From NCBI GenBank assembly GCA_965203805.1, contig OZ241917.1:5568001-5632000 (forward strand): a DNA stretch of 64,000 nucleotides, written 5' to 3'. This document shows positions 19,462-30,200 of this stretch, one piece after another. The first letter of the stretch is position 1, and every line of letters begins with the position of its first letter. The translations under genes and the position numbers were made by a program. This stretch comes from Candidatus Latescibacterota bacterium. Lineage in GTDB: Bacteria > Latescibacterota > UBA2968 > GCA-2709665. The notes beneath the pieces are model-generated. The model worked only from the letters and a program-made list of their open reading frames with translations, was not told the DNA's origin and searched no databases.

Positions 19462-21462
19462 ATGGCTTCACGAAGCAAAAAGACAAATCCTGCAAAGCCC
19501 GTTGATCCTTTTTCGGAACTGACATGGGACGATCTGGAGGAATGGGCCGGCAGTCGCATCGTCGCCCGGGGCCGGTCCTATCAGAGAAAAGGGTCCGTAC
19601 GGGAATTGCAACGCGACGACGAAGGCGCCTTGGTCGCCTGGGTGGCGGGCAGTCGCCGCTACGCTACACGGGTGAGCATCGAGGGAAGCAAGGACCTGAT
19701 ATCCGAATGTACCTGTCCCTACTGGACGACGTGCAAACACGCGGTGGCGGTCGTGGTGGAATACCTGGAGACGGCAAAGACGGGAAACACGGTCGGCCGG
19801 ATTGAGGCAGACGACCCGCGCGTTGAGGCGTTGGACGCAGATTTGGAAATCTTCACCGATGCGGAAGAATTCGACGCGTTGCAACTGGATGAGGAGTACG
19901 TCGAGACACTTTCCGAGAGCGTCGGGAGCGGGCAATCCCGGGATGCTTCCTTGCGCGCCTACCTGCAAGAGCATACCACCGCCGAGCTTGTAGCGTTGCT
20001 GCTGGAACTTGCCGAAACCCACGACGAAGTGCGCCAATCGCTCGAAGACCGCCGCAGTCTGACCTCGGGGCAGACCCGCAAAGTCCTGCAGAGAATCCGC
20101 TCCGAAATCGCGGCCCTGGAAGAACCCGCCTGGGACCACCATCACTACGGGACCCAGGCGGTCAATACGGAGCGCCTCAAGGCGATGCTCCAGGCGCTGG
20201 TGGCGTCCGGACAGGTAGACGCTGCCGTGTGTCTGGGACCGGAACTGCTTGCCGCCGGAACTCAGGCGCTGGAATACGAGCACGAGGGGGAGTCGAGCGC
20301 ATCGATCGGCGCCTGCCTCGACGTTCTTTTCAGGGCGCTGGACAGGAGTTCCATGTCTCCCGCGGACCGGATTGAATGGGTCCTGGATATGGCCCTGGCG
20401 GACGAGTACGAACTTTGCAGCGAAGCATTTGAAAATCTCTGGGACAAAGACTATGCGAAGAGCGATTGGTCGGAGGTGTGCGACCGCCTGGCCCAGCGTC
20501 TCGAGGCCCGTGAGCAAACGCCCGTAGTCGACGGACGTTCGACTGACTACAAACGACGCCTGATCGTCGACTGGCTCATCAGTGCCATGGAAAAGGCTGG
20601 AAGGGAGGAGGAGATCCTGCCTCTGTGCAAGCGCGAAGCCCCCATCACCCTCACCTACAATCGCCTGGTGGATCGCCTGATGGCCGAAGGCGCGTGGGAC
20701 GAGGCGCGGCGCTGGTGCCGGCAGGGGCTCGAGGCGATTCAGGACAGGTATCCAGGACTGCAAGCGCAGCTTCGAGAGCGACTGCGGACAATCAACCAAC
20801 ACAGCGGCAATCCGCTTGCCGGGCTGGCCATACAGGCGGAGGAATTTTTCGCCAGTCCCGACTCGGAGGGATTCCTGGCTCTCTGCAATGCCGCCCGCGG
20901 GCAGGGGGTTGGCGAGGGCGTCGAGGCGTGGGGACGGCACTATCTGCAGACCGGCCGGCGGCCTCGACGCGGCAGGAAGCGCAAGAGCGCCCCGGATATG
21001 GACTGGCCCCTTCCCGCTCCGGAAGTCGAAATGCCGGCGCCACGCGACAAGGTTGAGGCGCCGATGGTCGACGCGCTGATCCGGCTGGCCATTGCCGAGA
21101 AGAAGCCGAACGAGGTTGTGAAGTGGTACGACTATGAAAGCCGATCTGAAGCTCCATACTGGATGCACGATGACTCTCTGGACGACAACGTGGCCGAGGC
21201 CATCGCATCGACGCATCCCGACCGGGCGGTGGCAATCTGGAAGGACCTGGCGGAAGCGGAGATCGCCCGGGTAAAACCGGCGGGATACCGGGAGGCGGTT
21301 CCCTATCTGCGCAAGGTCAGAGATGTACTCACCCGATCAGGTCGCGAGGGGGAGTGGGAAGAGTACCTCGCCGCCTTGAGGCAGCAAAACAAGCGCAGGC
21401 CCCGATGCATCGAACAACTGTATCGACTCGAGGACGGCCGCCGGCGGATCATAGATGACTGA
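19462..21462 (+). CDS. SWIM zinc finger family protein
   Basis: RGRSY, VAGSRRY, CTCPYWTTCKHAVAV; helical C-terminus ending LRQQNKRRPR. Confidence 0.88.
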   Translation: MASRSKKTNPAKPVDPFSELTWDDLEEWAGSRIVARGRSYQRKGSVRELQRDDEGALVAWVAGSRRYATRVSIEGSKDLISECTCPYWTTCKHAVAVVVEYLETAKTGNTVGRIEADDPRVEALDADLEIFTDAEEFDALQLDEEYVETLSESVGSGQSRDASLRAYLQEHTTAELVALLLELAETHDEVRQSLEDRRSLTSGQTRKVLQRIRSEIAALEEPAWDHHHYGTQAVNTERLKAMLQALVASGQVDAAVCLGPELLAAGTQALEYEHEGESSASIGACLDVLFRALDRSSMSPADRIEWVLDMALADEYELCSEAFENLWDKDYAKSDWSEVCDRLAQRLEAREQTPVVDGRSTDYKRRLIVDWLISAMEKAGREEEILPLCKREAPITLTYNRLVDRLMAEGAWDEARRWCRQGLEAIQDRYPGLQAQLRERLRTINQHSGNPLAGLAIQAEEFFASPDSEGFLALCNAARGQGVGEGVEAWGRHYLQTGRRPRRGRKRKSAPDMDWPLPAPEVEMPAPRDKVEAPMVDALIRLAIAEKKPNEVVKWYDYESRSEAPYWMHDDSLDDNVAEAIASTHPDRAVAIWKDLAEAEIARVKPAGYREAVPYLRKVRDVLTRSGREGEWEEYLAALRQQNKRRPRCIEQLYRLEDGRRRIIDD

Positions 21463-21477
21463 GCCGGAGTATCAACC

Positions 21478-21523
21478 AGCGGTTACGTCCGGCTCTCACC
21501 AAACGGAATCCTCACACGGAGCC
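21478..21523 (+). repeat. intergenic spacer repeat, truncated copy 2
   Basis: AGCGGTTACGTC...AATCCTCACACGGAGCC. Confidence 0.75.
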
Positions 21524-21533
21524 ATAAAACCCC

Positions 21534-23087
21534 ATGAACGTTGAAGACCGTCTGCTGCTGTCCGGCCGCAACCTTCTCGGCAGTCTGTCGCGCGACGACG
21601 GCTACCTGCCGTATTGGCACATGGCCGTCGACGGCAACATGGGCGCGATGTACCAGTTTCGGCCATACTGCACCGGCCACAACGTGGGACGCTGGTGGAA
21701 CACAATGCTGCGGCTTGAGCGCGCCGCCGGCTTCGAGATCCCGGAAGAGATTGAAGCTGCGATGCTGGAGAATAGCCAACGCCTGTCCGACAACGCCAGC
21801 GGCATCTTCCTCGAGGACGTCGACCCCCGGGACCCGGCGACCTGGTACATCCACTCCTACCGCGAGACCCTGCTGTCCTTCGGACTGCTTGTCGAATGCC
21901 GCGGCAGCGGCCGCGCCGCCGAGTGGGGCAACCGGGCGATCGAGGGGATGAGCCGCGCCAGCCGGGACCTGATGGAGTGGAGGTTCTCGTTCGACGGCGG
22001 ACCCGAGCGGGCAAAGCACGGCAGCAGCGCCGCGCCGGCCTACACCCACGGCCGCGCCATCGAGGGCCTGCTCTGTTTCCACGCGGCCACCCGCGATCCG
22101 GCCGCACTCGAGGAAGCGGAGCGCCTGGCCGATTTCCACTTCGAAACCCTGGTGAACGCGGACGGCAGCCTCGCCGGGGGCTGCGGCCACCACACCCACT
22201 CGTATCTGAACACCCTCCGCGGCCTGCTGATGCTGGCCGTGCTCCAGGGTTCGCTCGAACGCCAGGAGCAGATATACAAGACCTACCGGGAGGCCGTATC
22301 CGGGATGATCACCCGCTCGGGGTTCATCACCCACGACATCGGCGCCCGTTATGGCGGCGACATCGCCTCGGCAGGGGACATCGCCCACATCGCCCTGTTG
22401 CTGTGGGACCGGTTCGCCGACCCCGGACTGCTCGACGATGCCGAGCGCATCGCGCGGGCCCGGCTGTTCCCGGCGCAGGTGCGGGAACCGGTTCCGATCC
22501 GGCCGGCCGAAGCTGCCGACGCCCGGGACTGCTACCGCGACCTCGCCAATCGCTTCGTGGGCGCCATCGGCGGCTCTGTAGGCCACGTCCGCGGCCAGAC
22601 CTGCGTCACCGATTTCACCGCCGCTGCCCTGCACAGCCTTATCGAGCTCTGGATCCGGACCGTCGACGTCGAGGGAGAGTTCGTCCGCGTCAACTTCCAC
22701 TTCGATCGCGAGTTGCCGGAGGTGGGGGTGAAGGCGGAGCGCGACGAAAACCAGGGCCGGGTCACCGTGGTCAACCGAACCGGAAAGGAGCTGCGGCTGC
22801 GCTTCCCGGGCTGGGCCGATGAGGCGACCTGCTCGTTGACCGTAGACGGCCGGCCCGTCGAGGCAGCGATGGAGAACGGGTTCGTGGTGGTGGCGCAGGC
22901 CGAAGGGGCTACGACCAGCGAGATGCGCTTCGCTCTTCCCGAGTACGAGGAGGAGGAACTGTCGCGGGACGAGTCCGCCGAAGCGGAGACGGTGACCTTT
23001 CGGTGGCGCGGCGACGAGATCGTGGACGTCAGCAGCGGCGGTCCCTACCTGAAGCCGCATCCGAAATTGCGCCGGTCGATGCTGTAA
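21534..23087 (+). CDS. putative (alpha/alpha)6-barrel glycoside hydrolase-like protein (GH127-like)
   Basis: GHHTHS, LDDAERIARARL, VRVNFHF, LRLRFPGWA resemble GH127-type proteins. Confidence 0.55.
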   Translation: MNVEDRLLLSGRNLLGSLSRDDGYLPYWHMAVDGNMGAMYQFRPYCTGHNVGRWWNTMLRLERAAGFEIPEEIEAAMLENSQRLSDNASGIFLEDVDPRDPATWYIHSYRETLLSFGLLVECRGSGRAAEWGNRAIEGMSRASRDLMEWRFSFDGGPERAKHGSSAAPAYTHGRAIEGLLCFHAATRDPAALEEAERLADFHFETLVNADGSLAGGCGHHTHSYLNTLRGLLMLAVLQGSLERQEQIYKTYREAVSGMITRSGFITHDIGARYGGDIASAGDIAHIALLLWDRFADPGLLDDAERIARARLFPAQVREPVPIRPAEAADARDCYRDLANRFVGAIGGSVGHVRGQTCVTDFTAAALHSLIELWIRTVDVEGEFVRVNFHFDRELPEVGVKAERDENQGRVTVVNRTGKELRLRFPGWADEATCSLTVDGRPVEAAMENGFVVVAQAEGATTSEMRFALPEYEEEELSRDESAEAETVTFRWRGDEIVDVSSGGPYLKPHPKLRRSML

Positions 23088-23109
23088 TGGGGTTGCCGGG
23101 ACCTGGCGT

Positions 23110-23205
23110 AGCGGTTACGTCGGGCTTCCGCCAACACAATCCTCACACGAAGCCGCAAATGCACAGAGGAAAAACCGAAAGCCGATACTGTCGCATTTTG
23201 CGACA
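23110..23205 (+). repeat. intergenic spacer repeat, copy 3
   Basis: AGCGGTTACGTC...AATCCTCACACGAAGCC...GATACTGTCGCATTTTGCGACA. Confidence 0.8.
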
Positions 23206-23246
23206 CTTTCCAAATGCCGATTACCGTGGCGGTCGTCGAGATTTAT

Positions 23247-23271
23247 GTAGGGGCGGTTCGCGAACCGCCCC
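23247..23271 (+). repeat. GTAG-type REP palindrome
   Basis: GTAGGGGCGGTTCGCGAACCGCCCC. Confidence 0.75.
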
Positions 23272-23444
23272 GTGGTGGCGTTGTGGATGCGGCGGTGGGA
23301 CGAGGCCCGTGCCTGTATTGACGCCGCTCGTCGGGTTGGATGGAATATCAAAAGAACGGAATTTCGGACATTGAAGTTGCTTGGGGGAAATACAAGGGGC
23401 GTGATTACGGTGGGTGAAAAGCCGAGGGGATAAGCCGCAGGGGA

Positions 23445-23678
23445 TTACCGGGCGTCTAATCTGGCTTCGTTCTTGGCAATACGCTCGCCGAAAGAGTCCA
23501 GGCGTTTGTCGATTTCGATCAATTGCGCTGAGATTTTATCGAAACGATCATTCATTCTCTCTTCAAGGCTGCTATTAAGTGACCATACAATGCCCCACAC
23601 TGCGGTTAGCAGTGTTACCAGGAAGATTGCCATTCTCAAATTTTCGCCACTGAAAAATTTGCTGCTGGAAGTGTCCAT
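23445..23678 (-). CDS. small single-TM coiled-coil protein
   Basis: 77 aa; TM then RLDSFGERIAKNEARL, paralog at 58066-58314. Confidence 0.8.
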   Translation of the reverse strand: MDTSSSKFFSGENLRMAIFLVTLLTAVWGIVWSLNSSLEERMNDRFDKISAQLIEIDKRLDSFGERIAKNEARLDAR

Positions 23679-23721
23679 AGCGCACCTTCACAGTTTTACT
23701 CCAAGCTTGCTTCTCTCGGAA

Positions 23722-23751
23722 AGATTACGCTAAAGAATCACATCTTGTCAA
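23722..23751 (-). promoter_or_regulatory. sigma70-type promoter of small TM gene
   Basis: TTGACA-18-TAATCT. Confidence 0.6.
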
Positions 23752-23876
23752 GCCGAAAATTAAAAACATCCTTCAACTTTCCTATCCCTTTCTTTAGCTT
23801 TTACTATCTCTTTTTTGACTGCAAGTTCTGGCCGCCTGCGCGTGGCGGCATTGAATTCAGCAAGTGAGGTTTTTCC

Positions 23877-24119
23877 GTGGCCCATACCAGTGAAGTCGCC
23901 TTTAATTTTGCGTTGTCGGACATATTGCGGACGAAACATCCCTGCTGGCGGGACAGGATCAGTGCGGAACAAAAGAACATCGTGTATGACAAAGCTTGGC
24001 AACCGGACGTGGTAATTCGACCGCCCGGCGGACGCGCCACTGTTGCGAAATGCAACGCTTCTTTGGCATCGGCGTGGATGATGATGGCAGCGGTATTATG
24101 GAACGGCAAAGCCGGTTAG
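23877..24119 (+). pseudogene. 5' remnant of a paralog of the R-M gene at 31362
   Basis: MAHTSEVAFNFALSDILRTKHPCWRDRISAEQ...QPDVVIRPPGG matches MPQTSEIAFNFEFSNVLRSKHPRWRDRTSAEQ...QPDVVIRPPGG. Confidence 0.9.
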
Positions 24120-24409
24120 GAATTCGACAAGTCGATCTCTACACTCAAGATCCGGCACGGCGAGGGCGCGGAGTTTTCTGTGAAGTAGCACGTAGACTTC
24201 CTGTCATTGTTCCAGAGTCGAGGAGAGGATAGCGAGAGGCGAAAGGAGGGAATCAACAATGCCACTCGACTTATCCATTACTTACGAAGATAGGTTTTTC
24301 CTGGGGCGGTTCGCGCACCGACCACAGGATCCCGAGCGTTCAACACCGTTTTGAAAGAACAAGACCTTTGAGTTCTGAATGACAATGCCATCGGCCAAGT
24401 CCTTAACTA

Positions 24410-25567
24410 CTACTTAATTGGTTAAATTAGAGTAGTTTTCTTCAAGGGCTTTGGGTCGGACTTTTGTGGCTTTCCACTGGAAGGGATGTGCGTTCTCGTT
24501 GTAGGCGTCAATGAAGTGATTGATGGCGGTCCGCAAGTCTCGAATCGAGGTGAAGGAGCCGCCTTTGAGCGCGCTTCTCCACAGGATGCTGAACCAGATT
24601 TCGATCTGGTTGAGCCAGGATGCGTGGGTGGGGGTGTAGTAGAAGTGGACATTGGGATGGCGCGGCAGCCAGCGGTCATTCTTGGGCTTGTGGGTGTTCA
24701 GGTTGTCGAGGATGATGTGGAGTTCCTGATCGGGGTATTCGGCGACAAGTTCGTTCATAAAGCTCAGAAACTGGCGTCGTTTGCGCCTTTTGTAATGCCC
24801 GGCCTTGACGAGGCCGGTGGCGACGTTCAATGCAGCGAATAACGTGGTGGTGCCGTTTCTCTTGTATTCGTGGTTAAAGCCGGTTACGGCCTTGCCGTTG
24901 GGCAGCTTGAGCCATCCCTGTACCCTTTCCAACGCCTGAATCGCGGGCTTTTCGTCGACGCACAAGACAATCGCATTTTTGGGAGGTTCCAGATACAACC
25001 CCACGATGGCTGCGGCCTTGGTGGCAAATTCCGGATCGGTGCTGATACACCAGCTGCGCCTTCTGGCCAGCGAAATGCCGTGGTTGCGCAAGACCTGCCA
25101 GACATAGTGGACAGAAATTCCCAGCTTGTCGGCCAACAACGGACCGGTCCAGTTTCCATAGCCCTTGGGCGGGGCATCGTCCAAGGCCTCCAAAATGCGC
25201 TTTTCGCTTGACTGGTCGTACTTGGCAGGCTTGCCCGATCTCGCCTTGTCCTGCAACCCGGAAAGACCCGACTCGTGAAAGCGCCGGCGCCACTTGCACA
25301 CCGTGGCCTCGCGCGTTCCCAGATCCCTGGCGATGTCCCGGTTCGCATCGCCCTGGGACGCTGAAAGAACAATCCGGGCGCGCAGCACATAACGGTGTTG
25401 CGTCTTGCCTGAACGTGTCCAACTCAACAGCGTCTCTTTTTCCTCGTCACGCAACGTGATCAACACGGCGGGGCGGCTCATAGGCGGTCTCCTCTCCACA
25501 GTTGAACTGAGATCGATTCCCTATGAGCACAAGATATATTATTTCGCTTTTTTTGTCAAGTAAGTAC
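24410..25567 (-). mobile_element. IS630 family insertion sequence
   Basis: imperfect TIRs (C/G)TACTTA(A/C)TTG, TA at 24408-9 and 25568-9; intact transposase inside. Confidence 0.88.
24414..25481 (-). CDS. IS630 family transposase
   Basis: RARIVL, KWRRRF, VLCVDEK, EYKRNGT, ILDNLNTHK, SWLNQIEIWF. Confidence 0.95.
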   Translation of the reverse strand: MSRPAVLITLRDEEKETLLSWTRSGKTQHRYVLRARIVLSASQGDANRDIARDLGTREATVCKWRRRFHESGLSGLQDKARSGKPAKYDQSSEKRILEALDDAPPKGYGNWTGPLLADKLGISVHYVWQVLRNHGISLARRRSWCISTDPEFATKAAAIVGLYLEPPKNAIVLCVDEKPAIQALERVQGWLKLPNGKAVTGFNHEYKRNGTTTLFAALNVATGLVKAGHYKRRKRRQFLSFMNELVAEYPDQELHIILDNLNTHKPKNDRWLPRHPNVHFYYTPTHASWLNQIEIWFSILWRSALKGGSFTSIRDLRTAINHFIDAYNENAHPFQWKATKVRPKALEENYSNLTN

Positions 25568-25612
25568 TACTCATGTTTTCATTCCAATTCTAAGGAAAGG
25601 AAGGCAGTCAAT

Positions 25613-27019
25613 ATGGGTGCTCTCGACGACATATTAAAGGATGCACAACGCGCACGGCTCATCCCGGTCGTTGCAGATTCCAAAAAGGAAGAACGAATTG
25701 TATCCATCCTGCTCGCGACATTGCGTGTGGTGGGTCCGTTTGCGGAGCAATTTCTGGATCAATTCGGGGTTAGGGTCGGAAAAACATCAGACTTGTACAC
25801 CCACACCGAGGTAAATTTCGAGGCTTCTGATGGGAGCGGCCCGGACCGACCAGACGGAGTCTTAAGCCTCGTCGGGCGCAGATCGAAGTGGACAGCGCTA
25901 CTTGAAGCCAAAATCGACAATTTTGAAATATCCGAAAACCAAGTACAACGATATGCCGATATAGCGCGCAGTTACGAGATTGATGCTGTAATCACGTTGT
26001 CAAATCAACTGGCGCCTTCGCCAACACATGTTCCGTATTCGCTCCCAAAGAGGCGAAGTAAACGTGTTGAGTTTTTTCACGTTTCCTGGAGAAGCATTCT
26101 CACGCAAGCATTGCTGATTCTGAGAGATAAAGAACAATGGATAAAATGTAAAAAGATGACTCACGAACAGGCTTTCATTCTGGAAGAGATGACACGCTAC
26201 TTCAGACATCCAAGTACCGGCATTAGAGGTTTCGTTCAGATGAATCCGGAATGGGGGTCGCTCGTTCGAGGAGTCCGTAATCAGCAGCAGTTCAAACGAT
26301 CTTCGTTCGAGATCGAAAATACCGTCGGCGCGTGGCATCAGGAGGAACGCGATTTGTGTCTGATATTAAGCCGTCGCATTGGCAAGCGGGTGGAGATTCG
26401 CATTGCACCTAGGCATCGGGCGAATGCCGGAAAGCGCCTCCAAGATGCGTGCAATTCATTGATTGAATCGCAAGAATTGCGCTGTTGCTTCGGCATACCG
26501 AATGCCGTCAGCGATGTCGAAGTAACGGCTAGCCTACAACGCCGAATGGTCTCCTGTTCAATGAAGCTAAATGCTCCAGGTGACAGAAAACGATCCAGCG
26601 CCAGAGTAAACTGGCTTGTTCGGCAGTTGCGGGATGTTGAGAGCGACGATGTCGATGTACGCGCGTTCTGGCCCAGGGGAGGGGGACGAACCCAAGAATC
26701 TCTATCTAGGGTTAGGACAGATCCCAAGTGTCTTGACATCAATCGACCAGGTGCTGCGCCGACAAGCTTTGAAGTAATCATGAATAGAGAACTTGCTGGC
26801 CGGTTTTCGGGACGACGGACATTCATAGAGGATTTGGAAAAATTGGTACCGGATTTTTACGACCAAATTGGCCAGAAATTGCGCCGTTGGGTTCAGCCAC
26901 CTCCATCGATTGATAAACAAGACTCAATTGAGACGCCCGACAATGTCGAGTCAACCAACGAGCCCAATCAGGACGATATCTCGCAGTCTGAGGCGGATCG
27001 CCCCCAAATTACGCAATAG
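25613..27019 (+). CDS. PD-(D/E)XK nuclease-like protein
   Basis: RPDGVL...TALLEAKI...QVQRY...DAVITLSNQ; start ATG 25613 (upstream ATG lies in the IS). Confidence 0.7.
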   Translation: MGALDDILKDAQRARLIPVVADSKKEERIVSILLATLRVVGPFAEQFLDQFGVRVGKTSDLYTHTEVNFEASDGSGPDRPDGVLSLVGRRSKWTALLEAKIDNFEISENQVQRYADIARSYEIDAVITLSNQLAPSPTHVPYSLPKRRSKRVEFFHVSWRSILTQALLILRDKEQWIKCKKMTHEQAFILEEMTRYFRHPSTGIRGFVQMNPEWGSLVRGVRNQQQFKRSSFEIENTVGAWHQEERDLCLILSRRIGKRVEIRIAPRHRANAGKRLQDACNSLIESQELRCCFGIPNAVSDVEVTASLQRRMVSCSMKLNAPGDRKRSSARVNWLVRQLRDVESDDVDVRAFWPRGGGRTQESLSRVRTDPKCLDINRPGAAPTSFEVIMNRELAGRFSGRRTFIEDLEKLVPDFYDQIGQKLRRWVQPPPSIDKQDSIETPDNVESTNEPNQDDISQSEADRPQITQ

Positions 27020-27235
27020 TTGAGTAACAGAATCTTGGAATTTCCGATCGTGCGTCTGGCAACTGCCTGAACTAGATCCGACCGTCGATCAATTGGCGAT
27101 GCTCTAAGCATACATGGGTTTCTTCAAGCGGTGTACCTGCGGAGGTCTTTGAGGGAATTCCCGAAGAGTTGCGATTGATAAGTTACCCAGAAATTCCGTC
27201 ACAATTGGTTAAGTAGATTTGGAGTAATCAGAAAG

Positions 27236-30200
27236 ATGGAACACACACACATCGTTCACGCTGAAGAACTTGATCGGTACGCGAATACCAGAAATAGCCA
27301 CGCTGTGATACCGGAATTACTCTACTGGCTTGTGAAGCAGTCCATCACCAATGCGTCCGTATGCCGAATTCCTTACGGAGATGCAATAAACCAGCCAGGG
27401 TGGGATGGAATCGTGCAGGCTGAATCGGCGTTTCTTGAATTTGTACCGGCCGGGACATCCTATTGGGAAGTCGGAACAGGATCGAGTCCACAGGACAAGG
27501 CAAACGCCGAGTTCAATAAGCGGACGAAGGAAATGTCCGAAAAGGACCGCGCAGGTGCGTCATTTGTCTTCGTGACGCCGCGTACTCGGGAGTGGAGCGG
27601 TCAGCAGCAGACTCGGTGGATTAAAGGCCGAAAAGACCGGGGCTGGATGCAAATCCGAATTATTGATGGCGTCAAGCTCGCAGATTGGCTAAGGGAGTTT
27701 CCATCTATCGGCCGGTGGATGGCGAAAAAGATCGGATTAACCAAAACCTTAGGTGGTCTTTCGACTCCGAGGGAACACTGGGAAGATATCAAGGCGCTTG
27801 CGGAGCCGGACGACCCTCCCCTTCCCCCAAAGCTTTTTACTGAAGGGCGTGGGAACGCCAGCAACGCCCTGCAGGCACTCTTCGAAGGAAAGGAGTCAAG
27901 GCTATTGCTATTCGCAGAGAGCCGATCGGACGTTGGCGACTTTGTTGCAGCCCATATCGAAACACTCGATAAAGAGCCGGCACGAAGCTATTCCTACCGC
28001 TGCTTGTATGTTTCAGAAGAGGATGCATGGCGCTCGGTCGTAGAACTGAAAAATTCACACGTACTGTTAGCGGACCCCTGTCTTGGCCTGGAGTCTACGG
28101 AACGCGCTGATTTACTGACACTTGCCAAGCGAAAGGGACACGCGGTAGTTGTCCCACTTTGCGGGGCGTGGGCGGAAGGTTCACCAGAAATCATCAAACT
28201 ACGTAGTCCGTCACAGTTTCAGATTGAAACCATACTCAAAGAAGCAGGGTACAAAGAAATTCGGTCACGCGAGTTGGCGAGGATTGGAGGTGATCAAGTC
28301 TCGGCATTACGTCGGCATCTTCAGGGCCTTGGATCGGTACCTCCCTACGCGACATGGAATAATGCGAGGCATATCGCGGAAGCGGGGCTTGCCGGAAAAT
28401 GGGATGGAAAAAACGAGGATGATCGGGTTGCCATTGAACTGTTGGTGGGAAAAGGTTACGGGGAGTGGATCGAGAGCCTGAGACCTGACGCGCTTCGCTC
28501 GGACTCTCCCCTCGTTCAGCTTGATGAGAAATGGCGTTTTGTGGCACGCGGTGAAGCGTGGGGTGCGTTGGGAAATAGAATAACGGATGAGGATCTGCTT
28601 CGGCTCCAGAAGACAGCGATCAGAGTTCTGGGTGAAAGGGATCCACAATTCGACCTGCCGAAAGAGGAACGATACGCGGCGGGAATCTACGATAAGCGTC
28701 TCAAACACTCCCGATTCTTTCGCGAAGGGTTGGCTGAAACACTAGCATTAGTTGGAAGCCGGTCGGAAGCACTTTCCGCATGTTCTGTTGGGCAGGCTGA
28801 AAACGTGGCTCGGAATTCCGTCAGTGGACTGTTGGACAATACTAACTGGGATCGATGGGCGAGCTTAGATTCTTTGCTACCGTTGCTCGCCGAAGCATCC
28901 CCGGATGGATTCCTCGACGCGGTAGAGTCCGTGTTGCATGACCTCGACAATTCCCCATTCCACGAGCTATTTGCTCAAGAGGGCAGTGGAGGGATAGGTG
29001 GAGGGACCTATTTGAGTGGCCTGTTGTGGGCGCTGGAAACACTTGCGTGGCATCCGGATTTCCTAATGCGAGTCGCTGTAATCCTGTCTGATATGGCATC
29101 GATTGATCCCGGAGGTAATTGGACAAATCGGCCAATGAACTCATTAATTGACATATTATTGCCGTGGCACGTGCAGACTTGCGCATCACTTGAAAAGAGA
29201 GTGGCGGCGGTTGAGACAGTACTCGGCGAACATCCGCAGGAGGGTTGGGAGTTAATTCTTGGTCTGCTGCCGCACAGTCACGGATCCACCAGCGGTTGCC
29301 ATCGGCCGACTTGGCGGAATCTTATCCCGAATGATTGGGACGAAGGAGTTCTCCTTGTCGATTATCGGGAGCAGGTAAACACCTACGCAAAACTAGCTGT
29401 TGAACTGTCAAAAAAGAGCGCAGATAGACTAACGGAGCTTATCAGCCGTTTATCCGAATTGCCGGATTTTGCACGGAAGAGTCTTTTAGGTCATTTGTCG
29501 TCAGAGGAAGTTATGGCGTTATCCCAGACCAAACGCCTGGTAATCTGGGAAAGATTGAAAGGAGTAGCTACCCAACATCGAAAATATCCCGATGCGAACT
29601 GGGCGATGTCGGAAACAGCGGTCGCGGAAATTGATACCGTAGTGAAACGTCTGGCCCCAGAATCAGCTGAGCTTAAATTTAAACATCTCTTCAGCGATCG
29701 TGACTATGATCTAACGGACGGCAAGGGCGATTTCCAAGAGCAGCAACGGCGCCTTGCCGAGGCTCGCGCGGATGCCATGGACACGATACTGAAAACCGGG
29801 GGGACACTTGCAGCGTTGGCATTCGCTCGAAGTGTTGCATCTCCTTTCGAAGTCGGAAGCGCGTTGGTTGGTATCGAAAATGAGAAAATCGAGAAGGAGT
29901 TTCTTCCATCCTTGCTAAACTCAAAGGATGAAGCGGATACACAGTTATTATCCGGTTTCATACGGGCGAAATTTCGAGAAATGGGTTGGACGTGGGTTGA
30001 TCGGATTCTTGGGCAAGAATGGACATGCAAACAGAAAAGTGTGTTTCTGGCACTACTTCCATTCGAAGACGGCGTATGGATTCGAGTAAAAGACCAACTC
30101 GGGGCAGAGAACGAGGGGCTCTATTGGCGAAATGTAGTTGCAAATCCATTCTCGCAATTCAAAGATCCGTCTTTGGCGATTGGGAAATTGATCGAATTCG

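Noticed and set aside
19361-23205. Integron attC sites
   Set aside because: No RYYYAAC...GTTRRRY bounded palindrome of suitable length and no intI in the window
24259-24409. Short ORF with strong RBS beside the IS630 end
   Set aside because: Frameshifted and stopped; no family recognisable
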